From: the human T2T-CHM13v2.0 reference genome, Homo sapiens
Length of the DNA stretch: 64,000 nt
Assembly (NCBI RefSeq): GCF_009914755.1
Contig: NC_060948.1
Reading direction: 5' to 3' (one strand)
Shown: in pieces, positions 28,549 to 42,689 of the stretch
Position numbering within the stretch: position 1 is the first letter of the stretch
Layout of the letters: each line of letters starts with the position of its first letter
The notes under the pieces: model-generated
Seen by the model: the letters and a program-made list of their open reading frames with translations, nothing else
The model's database searches: none
What the model was told of the DNA's origin: nothing
Translations under genes and position numbers: made by a program

Positions 28549-31500
28549 ATGGAATCAAATCAATGGAATCAAATCAAATGGAATGGAAAGGAATTGAATG
28601 GAGTAGATTGGATTGGATGGGATTGGAATGAAATGTACTGGAAAGGACTCGAATTTCATGAAACGGAATGGAATGAATTAGAACGGAATGGACTCGAATG
28701 GAATGGAATGTCATGGAATGGCATCAAATGGAATGGAATCGAATGCGATGGAATGCTATGGAATGGAATGGAATGCATTGGAATGGAATGTCCTCTAATG
28801 GAATGTATTCGAGTGGAATGGAATCGAATATAATGGAGTCTAATGAATTGGAATTGAAAGGAATAGGACCGAATACAATGGAATATACTGGAATGTAATG
28901 TAATGAACTCGAATGTAATTGACTGGAATGGAATGTACATGAATGGAATGTAATCGAATGGAAAGCAATCCAATGGAATAGAATCTAATGCAATAAAATC
29001 GACTCAAATAGAGTAGAATGTAATGGAATGGAGTGCAGTGCAATGGAATGGAATGGAATGGAATGCAATGGAATGGAATGGAATGGAATGGAATGGGATG
29101 GAATGGTATGGAATGGATAGTAATGGACTGGAGTGAAATGGACTGGAAAAGAATGGACTCAAATTGAAAGGGCTCGAAAGGAATGGAGTCAAATGGAATG
29201 GTCTGGAATGGAATGAACACGAATGTAATGCAATCCAATGGAATGGAATCGAATGGCATGGAATATAAAGAAATGGAATCGAAGAGAATGGAAACAAATG
29301 GAATGGAATTGAATGGAATGGAATTGAATGGAATGGGAACGAATGGAGTGAAATTGTATGCACTAGAAGAGAATAGAATGGAATGCAAGCGAAAGGAAAG
29401 GAATGGATTGGAATGGAATGGAATTCATTGGAATGGAAGGGAATGTAGTGTAATGGACAGGCCTGGAATAAAGTGGAATGCTACGGTCTCGAATGGAATA
29501 AAAATGTATGGAATGGAATGCAATGAAACGGAATCGAATGTCATAGAATGTAATGGAATGCAAAAAAATGGACTCCAAAATCATTGACTGGAAAGGCTGG
29601 GTGTCGAAAGGAATTGACTCCAATGGAATGGAATCGAATGGAATGGAAGTGAATAGAATGGAACTAAATCGAATGGAATGGAATTGATAGGAACGGAATG
29701 GAAAGGAATGCAATGATTTGGCATGGAATGGAATCGAATGGCATCGAATGGAATGGAATGGAATGCAATGGAATGGAATGTATTAGAAAGTAATGAACTT
29801 TAATGGAATGTACTCGAATGGATTCGACTGGAATGGAATGTTCTGGAAGTGAATGGACTCCAATGGAATGGATTCGAAAGGAATGGAATCTAATGGAATG
29901 GAATTAAATGGAAATGAATCAAATTGAATAGAACGGAATTGAATTGAATGGAATCGAATGCAATGGAATCTAATGAAATGGAAAGGAAAGGAATGTAATG
30001 GATTGGAATGGAATGGGCTGGAATGGAATGGAATCGAAACGAATGGAATGGAATCGAACTGAAGAGACTGGAATGGAATGCACTGGAATGGAAGGGAATG
30101 TAATGGAAGGTTCTCGAAAAAAATGGAATCGAAAGGAATGGAATTGAATGGAACGGAATAGAGTCGAATGGAATTCAATGGAATGGAATGGACTAGAGTG
30201 AAATGGAATCGAACCACAAGGAATGGACAGGAATAGAATGGTCTCGAATTGAATGGAATCGTATGGAATGGCATCAAACGGAATAGAATGGACAGCCACG
30301 GAATGGAATGGACAGCCACGGAATGGAATGCACTCGAATGCAATGGAGTCGACACTAATGGACTGGAATAGAATGGACTCGACTGGTACGGACTCCAATG
30401 GAATGGAATCGAATGGAAGGGAATCGAACGGAATGGACTCGAAGGGAAAAGACTGCAATGGAAAGGTCTCCAATGGAATGGAAATTAATGGAATGGAATG
30501 GAATCGAATGAAATGGAGTCAAAAGGAATGGAATCGAATGGCAAGAAATCGAATGTAATGGAATCGCAAGGAATGGATGTGAACGGAACGGAATGGAATG
30601 GAATCCAAAGGAATGGAATACAATGGAATGGAATCGAATGGAAAGGACTCGAATGGAAATCACTGGAATAGAATGCAATTTAATAAAATAGGATCAAATG
30701 TAATGGAATGGAATGGAAAGGAATCAAAACGAAAGGAATGGAGACAGATGGAATGGAATGGAACAGAGAGCAATGGTATAGAATGGAATGGAATCATCTG
30801 GAATGGAATTGAATGGAATGGAATAATATGAAATGGAATGGAATGGAATGGAATGCCCTTGAATTAAATGGACTGGAATGGAATGGACTCGAACAGAGTG
30901 GAATGGAAAGTGTTGAAATAGAATGGAATGGACTCGTTTGGAATGGTCTAGTATGCAATGCAATAGACAGGCAGGGAATCAAAAGGAATGTAATCGAATG
31001 GATTGGACTGGAATGCAATGGACTCGAATAGATTGGAAACGGAAAGCAAAGGAATGGAATGGAATAGTATGGAATGGAATGGAAAGGAATGGAGTGGAAT
31101 AGACTAGAGTGGAATGGAATGGACTCGAAAGCAATGGACTGGAATGGAACTTTCTTGAATGGACTGGAATCAAACGGAATGGAATGCAATGCAATCAAAT
31201 GGCATGGAATAAAATAGAATGAAAGAGAATGAAATGGAATTGAATCGAATGGAATCGAATGGATTGGAAAGGAATAGAATGGAATGGAATGGAATTGACT
31301 CAAATGGAATGGACTAGAATGGAATGGATTCGAATGGAAGGCAAAGGAATGGAATCTATTGGAATGGACTGTAATGGAATGGAATGGAAGGGATTGGAAT
31401 GGACTCGAATGGAATGGACTGCCATAGAAAGGATTCGAATGGAATGAAAAAGAATTGAATGGAATAGAACAGAATGGAATCAAATCGAATGAAATGGAAT

Positions 31501-32102
31501 GGAATAGAAAGGAATGGAATGAAATGGAATGCAAAGGATTCGAATGGAATGCAATCGAATGGAATGCAATCGAATGGAATGGAATCGAACGGAATGGAAT
31601 AAAATGGAAGAAAACTGGCAAGAAATGGAATCGAAATGAATGGAGTGTTATGGAACGGACTCAAAAGGAATTGAATGTAATAGAATGGAGTGGAGTGGAC
31701 TCGAATATAATGGACTGGAATGGAATGAAATCACATGGAATGGGAACGAATGGAATGGAATGGAAAGGAATGGAATCGAATGGAAAGGAATCGAATGGAA
31801 GGGAATGAAATTGAATCAACAGGAATGGAAGGGAGTAGAATAGACGGTAATGGAATGGACTCGAATAGAATGGACACGAATGCTCAAATTGAATGGACTC
31901 GAATGGAATGGAAACGAAAGGAATGTCATCGAATGGAATTGAATCGATTGGAATGAAATCACATAGAATGGAGTGGAATCAAATGGAATTGAATCGAAAG
32001 GAAAGGAAGCGAATGGACTGAAATGAAATGGAATGGAATTGAATGGAAATTAATGCAATGGAATAGAATGGAACGAAATTTCACGGAATGGAATCAAACT
32101 GA
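28549..32102 (+). repeat. Unit 9 (3554 bp; SalI subfamily)
   Basis: SalI at 30348; 20-bp duplication at 30281-30320; extra EcoRI at 30171. Confidence 0.88.
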
Positions 32103-35100
32103 ATGGAATCAAATCAATGGAATATAATCAAATGGAATGGAAAGGAATTGAATGGAGTAGATTGGATTGGATGGGATTGGAATGAAATGTACTGGAAAGG
32201 ACTCGAATTTCATGAAACGGAAAGGAATGAATTAGAACGGAATGGACTCGAATGGAATGGAATGTCATGGAATGGCATCAAATGGAATGGAATCTAATGC
32301 GATGGAATGCTATGGAATGGAATGGAATGCATTGGAATGGAATGTCCTCTAATGGAATGTATTCGAGTGGAATGGAATCGAATATAATGGAGTCTAATGA
32401 AAGGGAATTGAAAGGAATGGGACCGAATACAATGGAATATACTGGAATGTAATGTAATGAACTCGAATGTAATTGACTGGAATGGAATGTACATGAATGG
32501 AATGTAATCGAATGGAAAGCAATCCAATGGAATAGAATCTAATGCAATAAAATCGACTCAAATAGAGTAGAATGTAATGGAATGGAGTGCAGTGCAATGG
32601 AATGGAATGGAATGGAATGCAATGGAATGGAATGGAATGGAATGGAATGGGATGGAATGGTATGGAATGGATAGTAATGGACTGGAGTGAAATGGACTGG
32701 AAAAGAATGGACTCAAATTGAAACGTCTCGAAAGGAATGGAGTCAAATGGAATGGTCTGGAATGGAATGAACACGAATGTAATGCAATCCAATAGAATGG
32801 AATCGAATGGCATGGAATATAAAGAAATGGAATCGAAGAGAATGGAAACAAATGGAATGGAATTGAATGGAATGGAATTGAATGGAATGGGAACGAATGG
32901 AGTGAAATTGTATGCAGTAGAAGAGAATAGAATGGAATGCAAGCGAAAGGAAAGGAATGGATTGGAATGGAATGGAATTCATTGGAATGGAAGGGAATGT
33001 AGTGTAATGGACAGGCCTGGAATAAAGTGGAATGCTACGGTCTCGAATGGAATAAAAATGTATGGAATGGAATGCAATGAAACGGAATCGAATGTCATAG
33101 AATGTAATGGAATGCAAAAAAATGGACTCCAAAATCATTGACTGGAAAGGCTGGGTGTCGAAAGGAATTGACTCCAATGGAATGGAATCGAATGGAATGG
33201 AAGTGAATAGATTGGAACTAAATCGAATGGAATGGAATTGATAGGAACGGAATGGAAAGGAATGCAATGATTTGGCATGGAATGGAATCGAATGGCATCG
33301 AATGGAATGGAATGGAATGCAATGGAATGGAATGTATTAGAATGTAATGAACTTTAATGGAATGTACTCGAATGGATTCGACTGGAATGGAATGTTCTTG
33401 AAGTGAATGGACTCCAATTGAATGGATTCGAAAGGAATGGAATCTAATGGAATGGAATTAAATGGAAATGAATCAAATTGAATAGAACGGAATTGAATTG
33501 AATGGAATCGAATGCAATGGAATCTAATGAAACGGAAAGGAAAGGAATGGAATGGATTGGAATGGAATGGGCTGGAATGGAATGGAATCGAAACGAATGG
33601 AATGGAATCGAACTGAAGAGACTGGAATGGAATGCACTGGAATGGAAGGGAATGTAATGGAAGGTTCTCGAAAAAAATGGAATCGAAAGGAATGGAATTG
33701 AATGGAACGGAATAGAGTCGAATGGAATTCAATGGAATGGAATGGACTAGAGTGAAATGGAATCGAACCACAAGGAATGGACAGGAATAGAATGGTCTCG
33801 AATTGAATGGAATCGTATGGAATGGCATCAAACGGAATGGAATGGACAGCCACGGAATGGAATGCACTCGAATGCAATGGAGTCGACACTAATGGACTGG
33901 AATAGAATGGACTCGACTGGTACGGACTCCAATGGAATGGAATCGAATGGAAGGGAATCGAACGGAATGGACTCGAAGGGAAAAGACTGCAATGGAAAGG
34001 TCTCGAATGGAATGGAAATTAATGGAATGGAATGGAATCGAATGAAATGGAGTCAAAAGGAATGGAATCGAATGGCAAGAAATCGAATGTAATGGAATCG
34101 CAAGGAATTGATGTGAACGGAACGGAATGGAATGGAATCGAAAGGGATGGAATGGAATCGAATGGAAAGGACTCGAATGGAAATCACTCGAATAGAATGC
34201 AATTTAATAAAATAGGATCAAATGTAATGGAATGGAATGGAAAGGAATCGAAACGAAAGGAATGGAGACAGATGGAATGGAATGGAACAGAGAGCAATGG
34301 TATAGAATGGAATGGAATCATCTGGAATGGAATTGAATGGAATGGAATAAGATGAAATGGAATGGAATGGAATGGAATGCCCTTGAATTAAATGGACTGG
34401 AATGGAATGGACTCGAACAGAGTGGAATGGAAAGTGTTGAAATAGAATGGAATGGACTCCTTTGGAATGGTCTAGTATGCAATGCAATCGACTGGCAGAG
34501 AATCAAGAGGAATGTAATCGAATGGAAAGGACTGGAATGCAATGGAATCGAATAGATTGGAAACGGAAAGCAAAGGAATGGAATGGAATAGTATGGAATG
34601 GAATGGAAAGGAATGGAGTGGAATAGACTAGAGTGGAATGGAATGGACTCGAAAGCAATGGACTGGAATGGAACTTTCTTGAATGGACTGGAATCAAACG
34701 GAATGGAATGCAATGCAATCAAATGGCATGGAATAAAATAGAATGAAAGAGAATCAAACGGAATTGAATCGAATGGAATCGAATGGATTGGAAAGGAATA
34801 GAATGGAATGGAATGGAATTGACTCAAATGGAATGGACTAGAATGGAATGGATTCGAATGGAAGGCAAAGGAATGGAATCTATTGGAATGGACTGTAATG
34901 GAATGGAATGTAAGGGATTGGAATGGACTCAAATGGAATGGACTGCAATAGAAAGGATTCGAATGGAATGAAAAAGAATTGAATGGAATAAAACAGAATG
35001 GAATCAAATCGAATGAAATGGAATGGAATAGAAAGGAATGGAAAGGATTCGAATGGAATGCAATCGAATGGAATGCAATCGAATGGAATGGAATCGAACG

Positions 35101-35611
35101 GAATGTAATAAAATGGAAGAAAACTGGCAAGAAATGGAATCGAAATGAATGGAGTGTTATGGAACGGACTCAAAAGGAATTGAATGTAATAGAATGGAGT
35201 GGAGTGGACTCGAATATAATGGACTGGAATGGAATGAAATCACATGGAATGGGAACGAATGGAATGGAATGGAAAGGAATGGAATCGAATGGAAAGGAAT
35301 CGAATGGAAGGGAATGAAATTGAATCAACAGGAATGGAAGGGAGTAGAATAGACGGTAATGGAATGGACTCGAATAGAATGGACACGAATGCTCAAATTG
35401 AATGGACTCGAATGGAATGGAAATGAAAGGAATGTCATCGAATGGAATTGAATCGATTGGAATGAAATCACATAGAATGGAGTGGAATCAAATAGAATTG
35501 AATCGAAAGGAAAGGAAGCGAATGGACTGAAATGAAATGGAATGGAATTGAATGGAAATTAACGCAATGGAATAGAATGGAACGAAATTTCACGGAATGG
35601 AATCAAACTGA
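32103..35611 (+). repeat. Unit 10 (3509 bp; SalI subfamily; twin of unit 11)
   Basis: SalI at 33882; GAAAGGGATGG deletion near 34141. Confidence 0.88.
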
Positions 35612-38600
35612 ATGGAATCAAATCAATGGAATATAATCAAATGGAATGGAAAGGAATTGAATGGAGTAGATTGGATTGGATGGGATTGGAATGAAATGTA
35701 CTGGAAAGGACTCGAATTTCATGAAACGGAATGGAATGAATTAGAACGGAATGGACTCGAATGGAATGGAATGTCATGGAATGGCATCAAATGGAATGGA
35801 ATCGAATGCGATGGAATGCTATGGAATGGAATGGAATGCATTGGAATGGAATGTCCTCTAATGGAATGTATTCGAGTGGAATGGAATCGAATATAATGGA
35901 GTCTAATGAAAGGGAATTGAAAGGAATGGGACCGAATACAATGGAATATACTGGAATGTAATGTAATGAACTCGAATGTAATTGACTGGAATGGAATGTA
36001 CATGAATGGAATGTAATCGAATGGAAAGCAATCCAATGGAATAGAATCTAATGCAATAAAATCGACTCAAATAGAGTAGAATGTAATGGAATGGAGTGCA
36101 GTGCAATGGAATGGAATGGAATGGAATGCAATGGAATGGAATGGAATGGAATGGAATGGGATGGAATGGTATGGAATGGATAGTAATGGACTGGAGTGAA
36201 ATGGACTGGAAAAGAATGGACTCAAATTGAAAGGTCTCGAAGGGAATGGAGTCAAATGGAATGGTCTGGAATGGAATGAACACGAATGTAATGCAATCCA
36301 ATAGAATGGAATCGAATGGCATGGAATATAAAGAAATGGAATCGAAGAGAATGGAAACAAATGGAATGGAATTGAATGGAATGGAATTGAATGGAATGGG
36401 AACGAATGGAGTGAAATTGTATGCAGTAGAAGAGAATAGAATGGAATGCAAGCGAAAGGAAAGGAATGGATTGGAATGGAATGGAATTCATTGGAATGGA
36501 AGGGAATGTAGTGTAATGGACAGGCCTGGAATAAAGTGGAATGCTACGGTCTCGAATGGAATAAAAATGTATGGAATGGAATGCAATGAAACGGAATCGA
36601 ATGTCATAGAATGTAATGGAATGCAAAAAAATGGACTCCAAAATCATTGACTGGAAAGGCTGGGTGTCGAAAGGAATTGACTCCAATGGAATGGAATCGA
36701 ATGGAATGGAAGTGAATAGAATGGAACTAAATCGAATGGAATGGAATTGATAGGAACGGAATGGAAAGGAATGCAATGAATTGGCATGGAATGGAATCGA
36801 ATGGCATCGAATGGAATGGAATGGAATGCAATGGAATGGAATGTATTAGAATGTAATGAACTTTAATGGAATGTACTCGAATGGATTCGACTGGAATGGA
36901 ATGTTCTTGAAGTGAATGGACTCCAATTGAATGGATTCGAAAGGAATGGAATCTAATGGAATGGAATTAAATGGAAATGAATCAAATTGAATAGAACGGA
37001 ATTGAATTGAATGGAATCGAATGCAATGGAATCTAATGAAACGGAAAGGAAAGGAATGGAATGGATTGGAATGGAATGGGCTGGAATGGAATGGAATCGA
37101 AACGAATGGAATGGAATCGAACTGAAGAGACTGGAATGGAATGCACTGGAATGGAAGGGAATGTAATGGAAGGTTCTCGAAAAAAATGGAATCGAAAGGA
37201 ATGGAATTGAATGGAACGGAATAGAGTCGAATGGAATTCAATGGAATGGAATGGACTAGAGTGAAATGGAATCGAACCACAAGGAATGGACAGGAATAGA
37301 ATGGTCTCGAATTGAATGGAATCGTATGGAATGGCATCAAACGGAATGGAATGGACAGCCACGGAATGGAATGCACTCGAATGCAATGGAGTCGACACTA
37401 ATGGACTGGAATAGAATGGACTCGACTGGTACGGACTCCAATGGAATGGAATCGAATGGAAGGGAATCGAACGGAATGGACTCGAAGGGAAAAGACTGCA
37501 ATGGAAAGGTCTCGAATGGAATGGAAATTAATGGAATGGAATGGAATCGAATGAAATGGAGTCAAAAGGAATGGAATCGAATGGCAAGAAATCGAATGTA
37601 ATGGAATCGCAAGGAATTGATGTGAACGGAACGGAATGGAATGGAATCGAAAGGGATGGAATGGAATCGAATGGAAAGGACTCGAATGGAAATCACTCGA
37701 ATAGAATGCAATTTAATAAAATAGGATCAAATGTAATGGAATGGAATGGAAAGGAATCGAAACGAAAGGAATGGAGACAGATGGAATGGAATGGAACAGA
37801 GAGCAATGGTATAGAATGGAATGGAATCATCTGGAATGGAATTGAATGGAATGGAATAAGATGAAATGGAATGGAATGGAATGGAATGCCCTTGAATTAA
37901 ATGGACTGGAATGGAATGGACTCGAACAGAGTGGAATGGAAAGTGTTGAAATAGAATGGAATGGACTCCTTTGGAATGGTCTAGTATGCAATGCAATCGA
38001 CTGGCAGAGAATCAAGAGGAATGTAATCGAATGGAAAGGACTGGAATGCAATGGAATCGAATAGATTGGAAACGGAAAGCAAAGGAATGGAATGGAATAG
38101 TATGGAATGGAATGGAAAGGAATGGAGTGGAATAGACTAGAGTGGAATGGAATGGACTCGAAAGCAATGGACTGGAATGGAACTTTCTTGAATGTACTGG
38201 AATCAAACGGAATGGAATGCAATGCAATCAAATGGCATGGAATAAAATAGAATGAAAGAGAATCAAACGGAATTGAATCGAATGGAATCGAATGGATTGG
38301 AAAGGAATAGAATGGAATGGAATGGAATTGACTCAAATGGAATGGACTAGAATGGAATGGATTCGAATGGAAGGCAAAGGAATGGAATCTATTGGAATGG
38401 ACTGTAATGGAATGGAATGTAAGGGATTGGAATGGACTCAAATGGAATGGACTGCAATAGAAAGGATTCGAATGGAATGAAAAAGAATTGAATGGAATAA
38501 AACAGAATGGAATCAAATCGAATGAAATGGAATGGAATAGAAAGGAATGGAAAGGATTCGAATGGAATGCAATCGAATGGAATGCAATCGAATGGAATGG

Positions 38601-39120
38601 AATCGAACGGAATGTAATAAAATGGAAGAAAACTGGCAAGAAATGGAATCGAAATGAATGGAGTGTTATGGAACGGACTCAAAAGGAATTGAATGTAATA
38701 GAATGGAGTGGAGTGGACTCGAATATAATGGACTGGAATGGAATGAAATCACATGGAATGGGAACGAATGGAATGGAATGGAAAGGAATGGAATCGAATG
38801 GAAAGGAATCGAATGGAAGGGAATGAAATTGAATCAACAGGAATGGAAGGGAGTAGAATAGACGGTAATGGAATGGACTCGAATAGAATGGACACGAATG
38901 CTCAAATTGAATGGACTCGAATGGAATGGAAACGAAAGGAATGTCATCGAATGGAATTGAATCGATTGGAATGAAATCACATAGAATGGAGTGGAATCAA
39001 ATAGAATTGAATCGAAAGGAAAGGAAGCGAATGGACTGAAATGAAATGGAATGGAATTGAATGGAAATTAATGCAATGGAATAGAATGGAACGAAACTTC
39101 ACGGAATGGAATCAAACTGA
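35612..39120 (+). repeat. Unit 11 (3509 bp; SalI subfamily; twin of unit 10)
   Basis: SalI at 37391; same deletion near 37650. Confidence 0.88.
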
Positions 39121-42100
39121 ATGGAATCAAATCAATGGAATATAATCAAATGGAATGGAAAGGAATTGAATGGAGTAGATTGGATTGGATGGGATTGGAA
39201 TGAAATGCACTGGAAAGGACTCGAATTTCATGAAACGGAATGGAATGAATTGGAACGGAATGGACTCGAATGGAATGGAATGTCACGGAATGGCATCAAA
39301 TGGAATGGCATCAAATGGAATGGAATAGAATGCAATGGATTGCTATGGAATGGAATGGAATGCATTGGAATGGAATGTCCTCTAATGGAATGGATTCGAG
39401 TGGAATGGAATCGAATATAATGGAGTCGAATGAAATGGAATTGAAAGGAATGGGATCGAATACCATGTAATATACTGGAATGTAATGTAATGAACTCGAA
39501 TGTAATTGACTGGAATGGAATGTACATGAATGGAATGTAATCGAATGGAAAGTAATCCAATGGAATAGAATCTAATGCAATAAAATCGACTCAAATAGAA
39601 TAGAATGTAATGGAATGGAGTGCAGTGCAATGGAATGGAATGGAATGGAATGCAATGGAATGGAATGGAATGGAATGGAATGGAATGGAATGGGATGGAA
39701 TGGTATGGAATGGATAGTAATGGACTGGAGTGAAATGGACTGGAAAAGAATGGACTCAAATTGAAAGGGCTCGAAAGGAATGGAGTCAAATGGAATGGTC
39801 TGGAATGGAATGAATACGAATGTAATGCAATCCAATAGAATGGAATCGAATGGCATGGAATATAAAGAATTGGAATCGAAGAGAATGGAAACAAATGGAA
39901 TGGAATTGAATGGAATGGAATTGAATGGAATGGGAACGAATGGAGTGAAATTGTATGCAGTAGAAGAGAATAGAATGGAATGCAAGCGAAAGGAAAGGAA
40001 TGGATTGGAATGGAATGGAATTCATTGGAATGGAAGGGAATGTAGTGTAATGGACAGGCCTGGAATAAAGTGGAATGCTACGGTCTCGAATGGAATAAAA
40101 ATGTATGGAATAGAATGCAATGAAACGGAATCGAATGTCATAGAATGTAATGGAATGCAAAAAAATGGACTCCAAAATCATTGACTGGAAAGGCTGGGTG
40201 TCGAAAGGAATTGCCTCCAATGGAATGGAATCGAATGGAATGGAAGTGAATAGAATGGAACTAAATCGAATGGAATGGAATTGATAGGAACGGAATGGAA
40301 AGGAATGCAATGATTTGGCATGGAATGGAATCGAATGGCATCGAATGGAATGGAATGGAATGCAATTGAATGGAATGTATTAGAATGTAATGAACTTTAA
40401 TGTAATGTACTCGAATGGATTCGACTGGAATGGAATGTTCTCGAAGTGAATGGACTCCAATGGAATGGATTCGAAAGGAATGGAATCTAATGGAATGGAA
40501 TTAAATGGAAATGAATCAAATTGAATAGAACGGAATTGAATGGAATGGAATCGAATGCAATGGAATCTAATGAAACGGAAAGGAAAGGAATGGAATGGAA
40601 TGGAATGGGCTGGAATTGAATGGAATCGAAACGAATGGAATGGAGTCGAACTGAAGAGACTGAAATGGAATGCACTGGAATGGAAGGGAGTGTAATGGAA
40701 GGTTCTCGAAAAAAATGGAATCGAAAGGAATGGAATTGAATGGAACGGAATAGAGTCGAATGGAATTCAATGGAATGGAATGGACTAGAGTGAAATGGAA
40801 TCGAACCACAAGGAATGGACAGGAACAGAATGGTCTCGAATTGAATGGAATCGTATGGAATGGCATCAAACGGAATGGAATGGACAGCCACGGAATGGAA
40901 TGCACTTGAATGCAATGGAGTCGACACTAATGGACTGGAATAGAATGGACTCGACTGGTACGGACTCCAATGGAATGGAATCGAATGGAAGGGAATGGAA
41001 CGGAATGGACTCGAAGGGAAAAGACTGCAATGGAAAGGTCTCGAATGGAATGGAAATTAATGGAATGGAATGGAATCGAATGAAATTGAGTCAAAAGGAA
41101 TGGAATCGAATGGCAAGAAATCGAATGTAATGGAATCGCAAGGAATTGATGTGAACGGAACGGAATCGAATGGAATCCAAAGGAATGGAATAGAATGGAA
41201 TGGAATCGAATGGAAAGGACTCGAATGGAAATCACTCGAATAGAATGCAATTTAATAAAATAGGATCAAATGTAATGGAATGGAATGGAAAGGAATCGAA
41301 ACGAAAGGAATGGAGACAGATGGAATGGAATGGAACAGAGAGCAATGGTATAGAATGGAATGGAATCATCTGGAATGGAATTGAATGGAATGGAATAATA
41401 TGAAATGGAATGGAATGGAATGGAATGCCCTTGAATTAAATGGACTGGAATGGAATGGACTCAAACAGAGTGGAATGGAAAGTGTTGAAATAGAATGGAA
41501 TGGACTCGTTTGGAATGGTCTAGTATGCAATGCAATCGACTGGCAGGGAATCAAGAGGAATGTAATCGAATGGATTGGACTGGAATGCAATGGACTCGAA
41601 TAGATTGGAAACGGAATGCAAAGGAATGGAATGGAATAGTATGGAATGGAATGGAAAGGAATGGAGTGGAATAGACTAGAGTGGAATGGAATGGACTCGA
41701 AAGCAATGGACTGGAATGGAACTTTCTTGAATGGACTGGAATCAAACGGAATGGAATGCAATGCAATCAAATGGCATGGAATAAAATAGAATGAAAGAGA
41801 ATCAAATGGAATTGAATCGAATGGAATCGAATGGATTGGAAAGGAATAGAATGGAATGGAATGGAATTGACTCAAATGCAATGGACTAGAATGGAATGGA
41901 TTCGAATGGAAGGCAAAGGAATGGAATCTATTGGAATGGACTGTAATGGAATGGAATGGAAGGGATTGGAATGGACTCGAATGGAATGGACTGCAATAGA
42001 AAGGATTCGAATGGAATGAAAAAGAATTGAATGGAATAGAACAGAATGGAATCAAATCGAATGAAATGGAATGGAAGAGAAAGGAATGGAATGAAATGGA

Positions 42101-42689
42101 ATGGAAAGGATTCGAATGGAATGCAATCGAATGGAATGCAATCGAATGGAATGGAATCGAACGGAATGGAATAAAATGGAAGAAAACTGGCAAGAAATGG
42201 AATCGAAATGAATGGAGTGTTATGGAACGGACTCAAAAGGAATTGAATGTAATAGAATGGAGTGGAGTGGACTCGAATATAATGGACTGGAATGGAATGA
42301 AATCACATGGAATGGGAACGAATGGAATGGAATGGAAAGGAATGGAATGGAAAGGAATGGAATCGAATGGAAAGGAATCGAATGGAAGGGAATGAAATTG
42401 AATCAACAGGAATGGAAGGAAGTAGAATAGACGGTAATGGAATGGACTCGAATAGAATGGACACGAATGCTCAAATTGAATGGACTCGAATGGAATGGAA
42501 ACGAAAGGAATGTCGTCGAATGGAATTGAATCGATTGGAATGAAATCGCATAGAATGGAGTGGAATCAAATGGAATTGAATCGAAAGGAAAGGAAGCGAA
42601 TGGTCTGAAATGAAATGGAATGGAATTGAATGGAAAGTAATGCAAGGGAATAGAATGGAACGAAATTTCACGGAATGGAATCAAACTGA
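39121..42689 (+). repeat. Unit 12 (3569 bp; last SalI-subfamily unit)
   Basis: SalI at 40920; its 3' end carries variants shared with the end of unit 14. Confidence 0.88.

Noticed and set aside
161-39420. Possible ~39 kb (11-unit) super-period, since the starts of units 1 and 12 look alike
   Set aside because: The downstream units do not correspond (the A/B dimer follows unit 1, the diverged unit 13 follows unit 12), so no periodicity is supported within the window.
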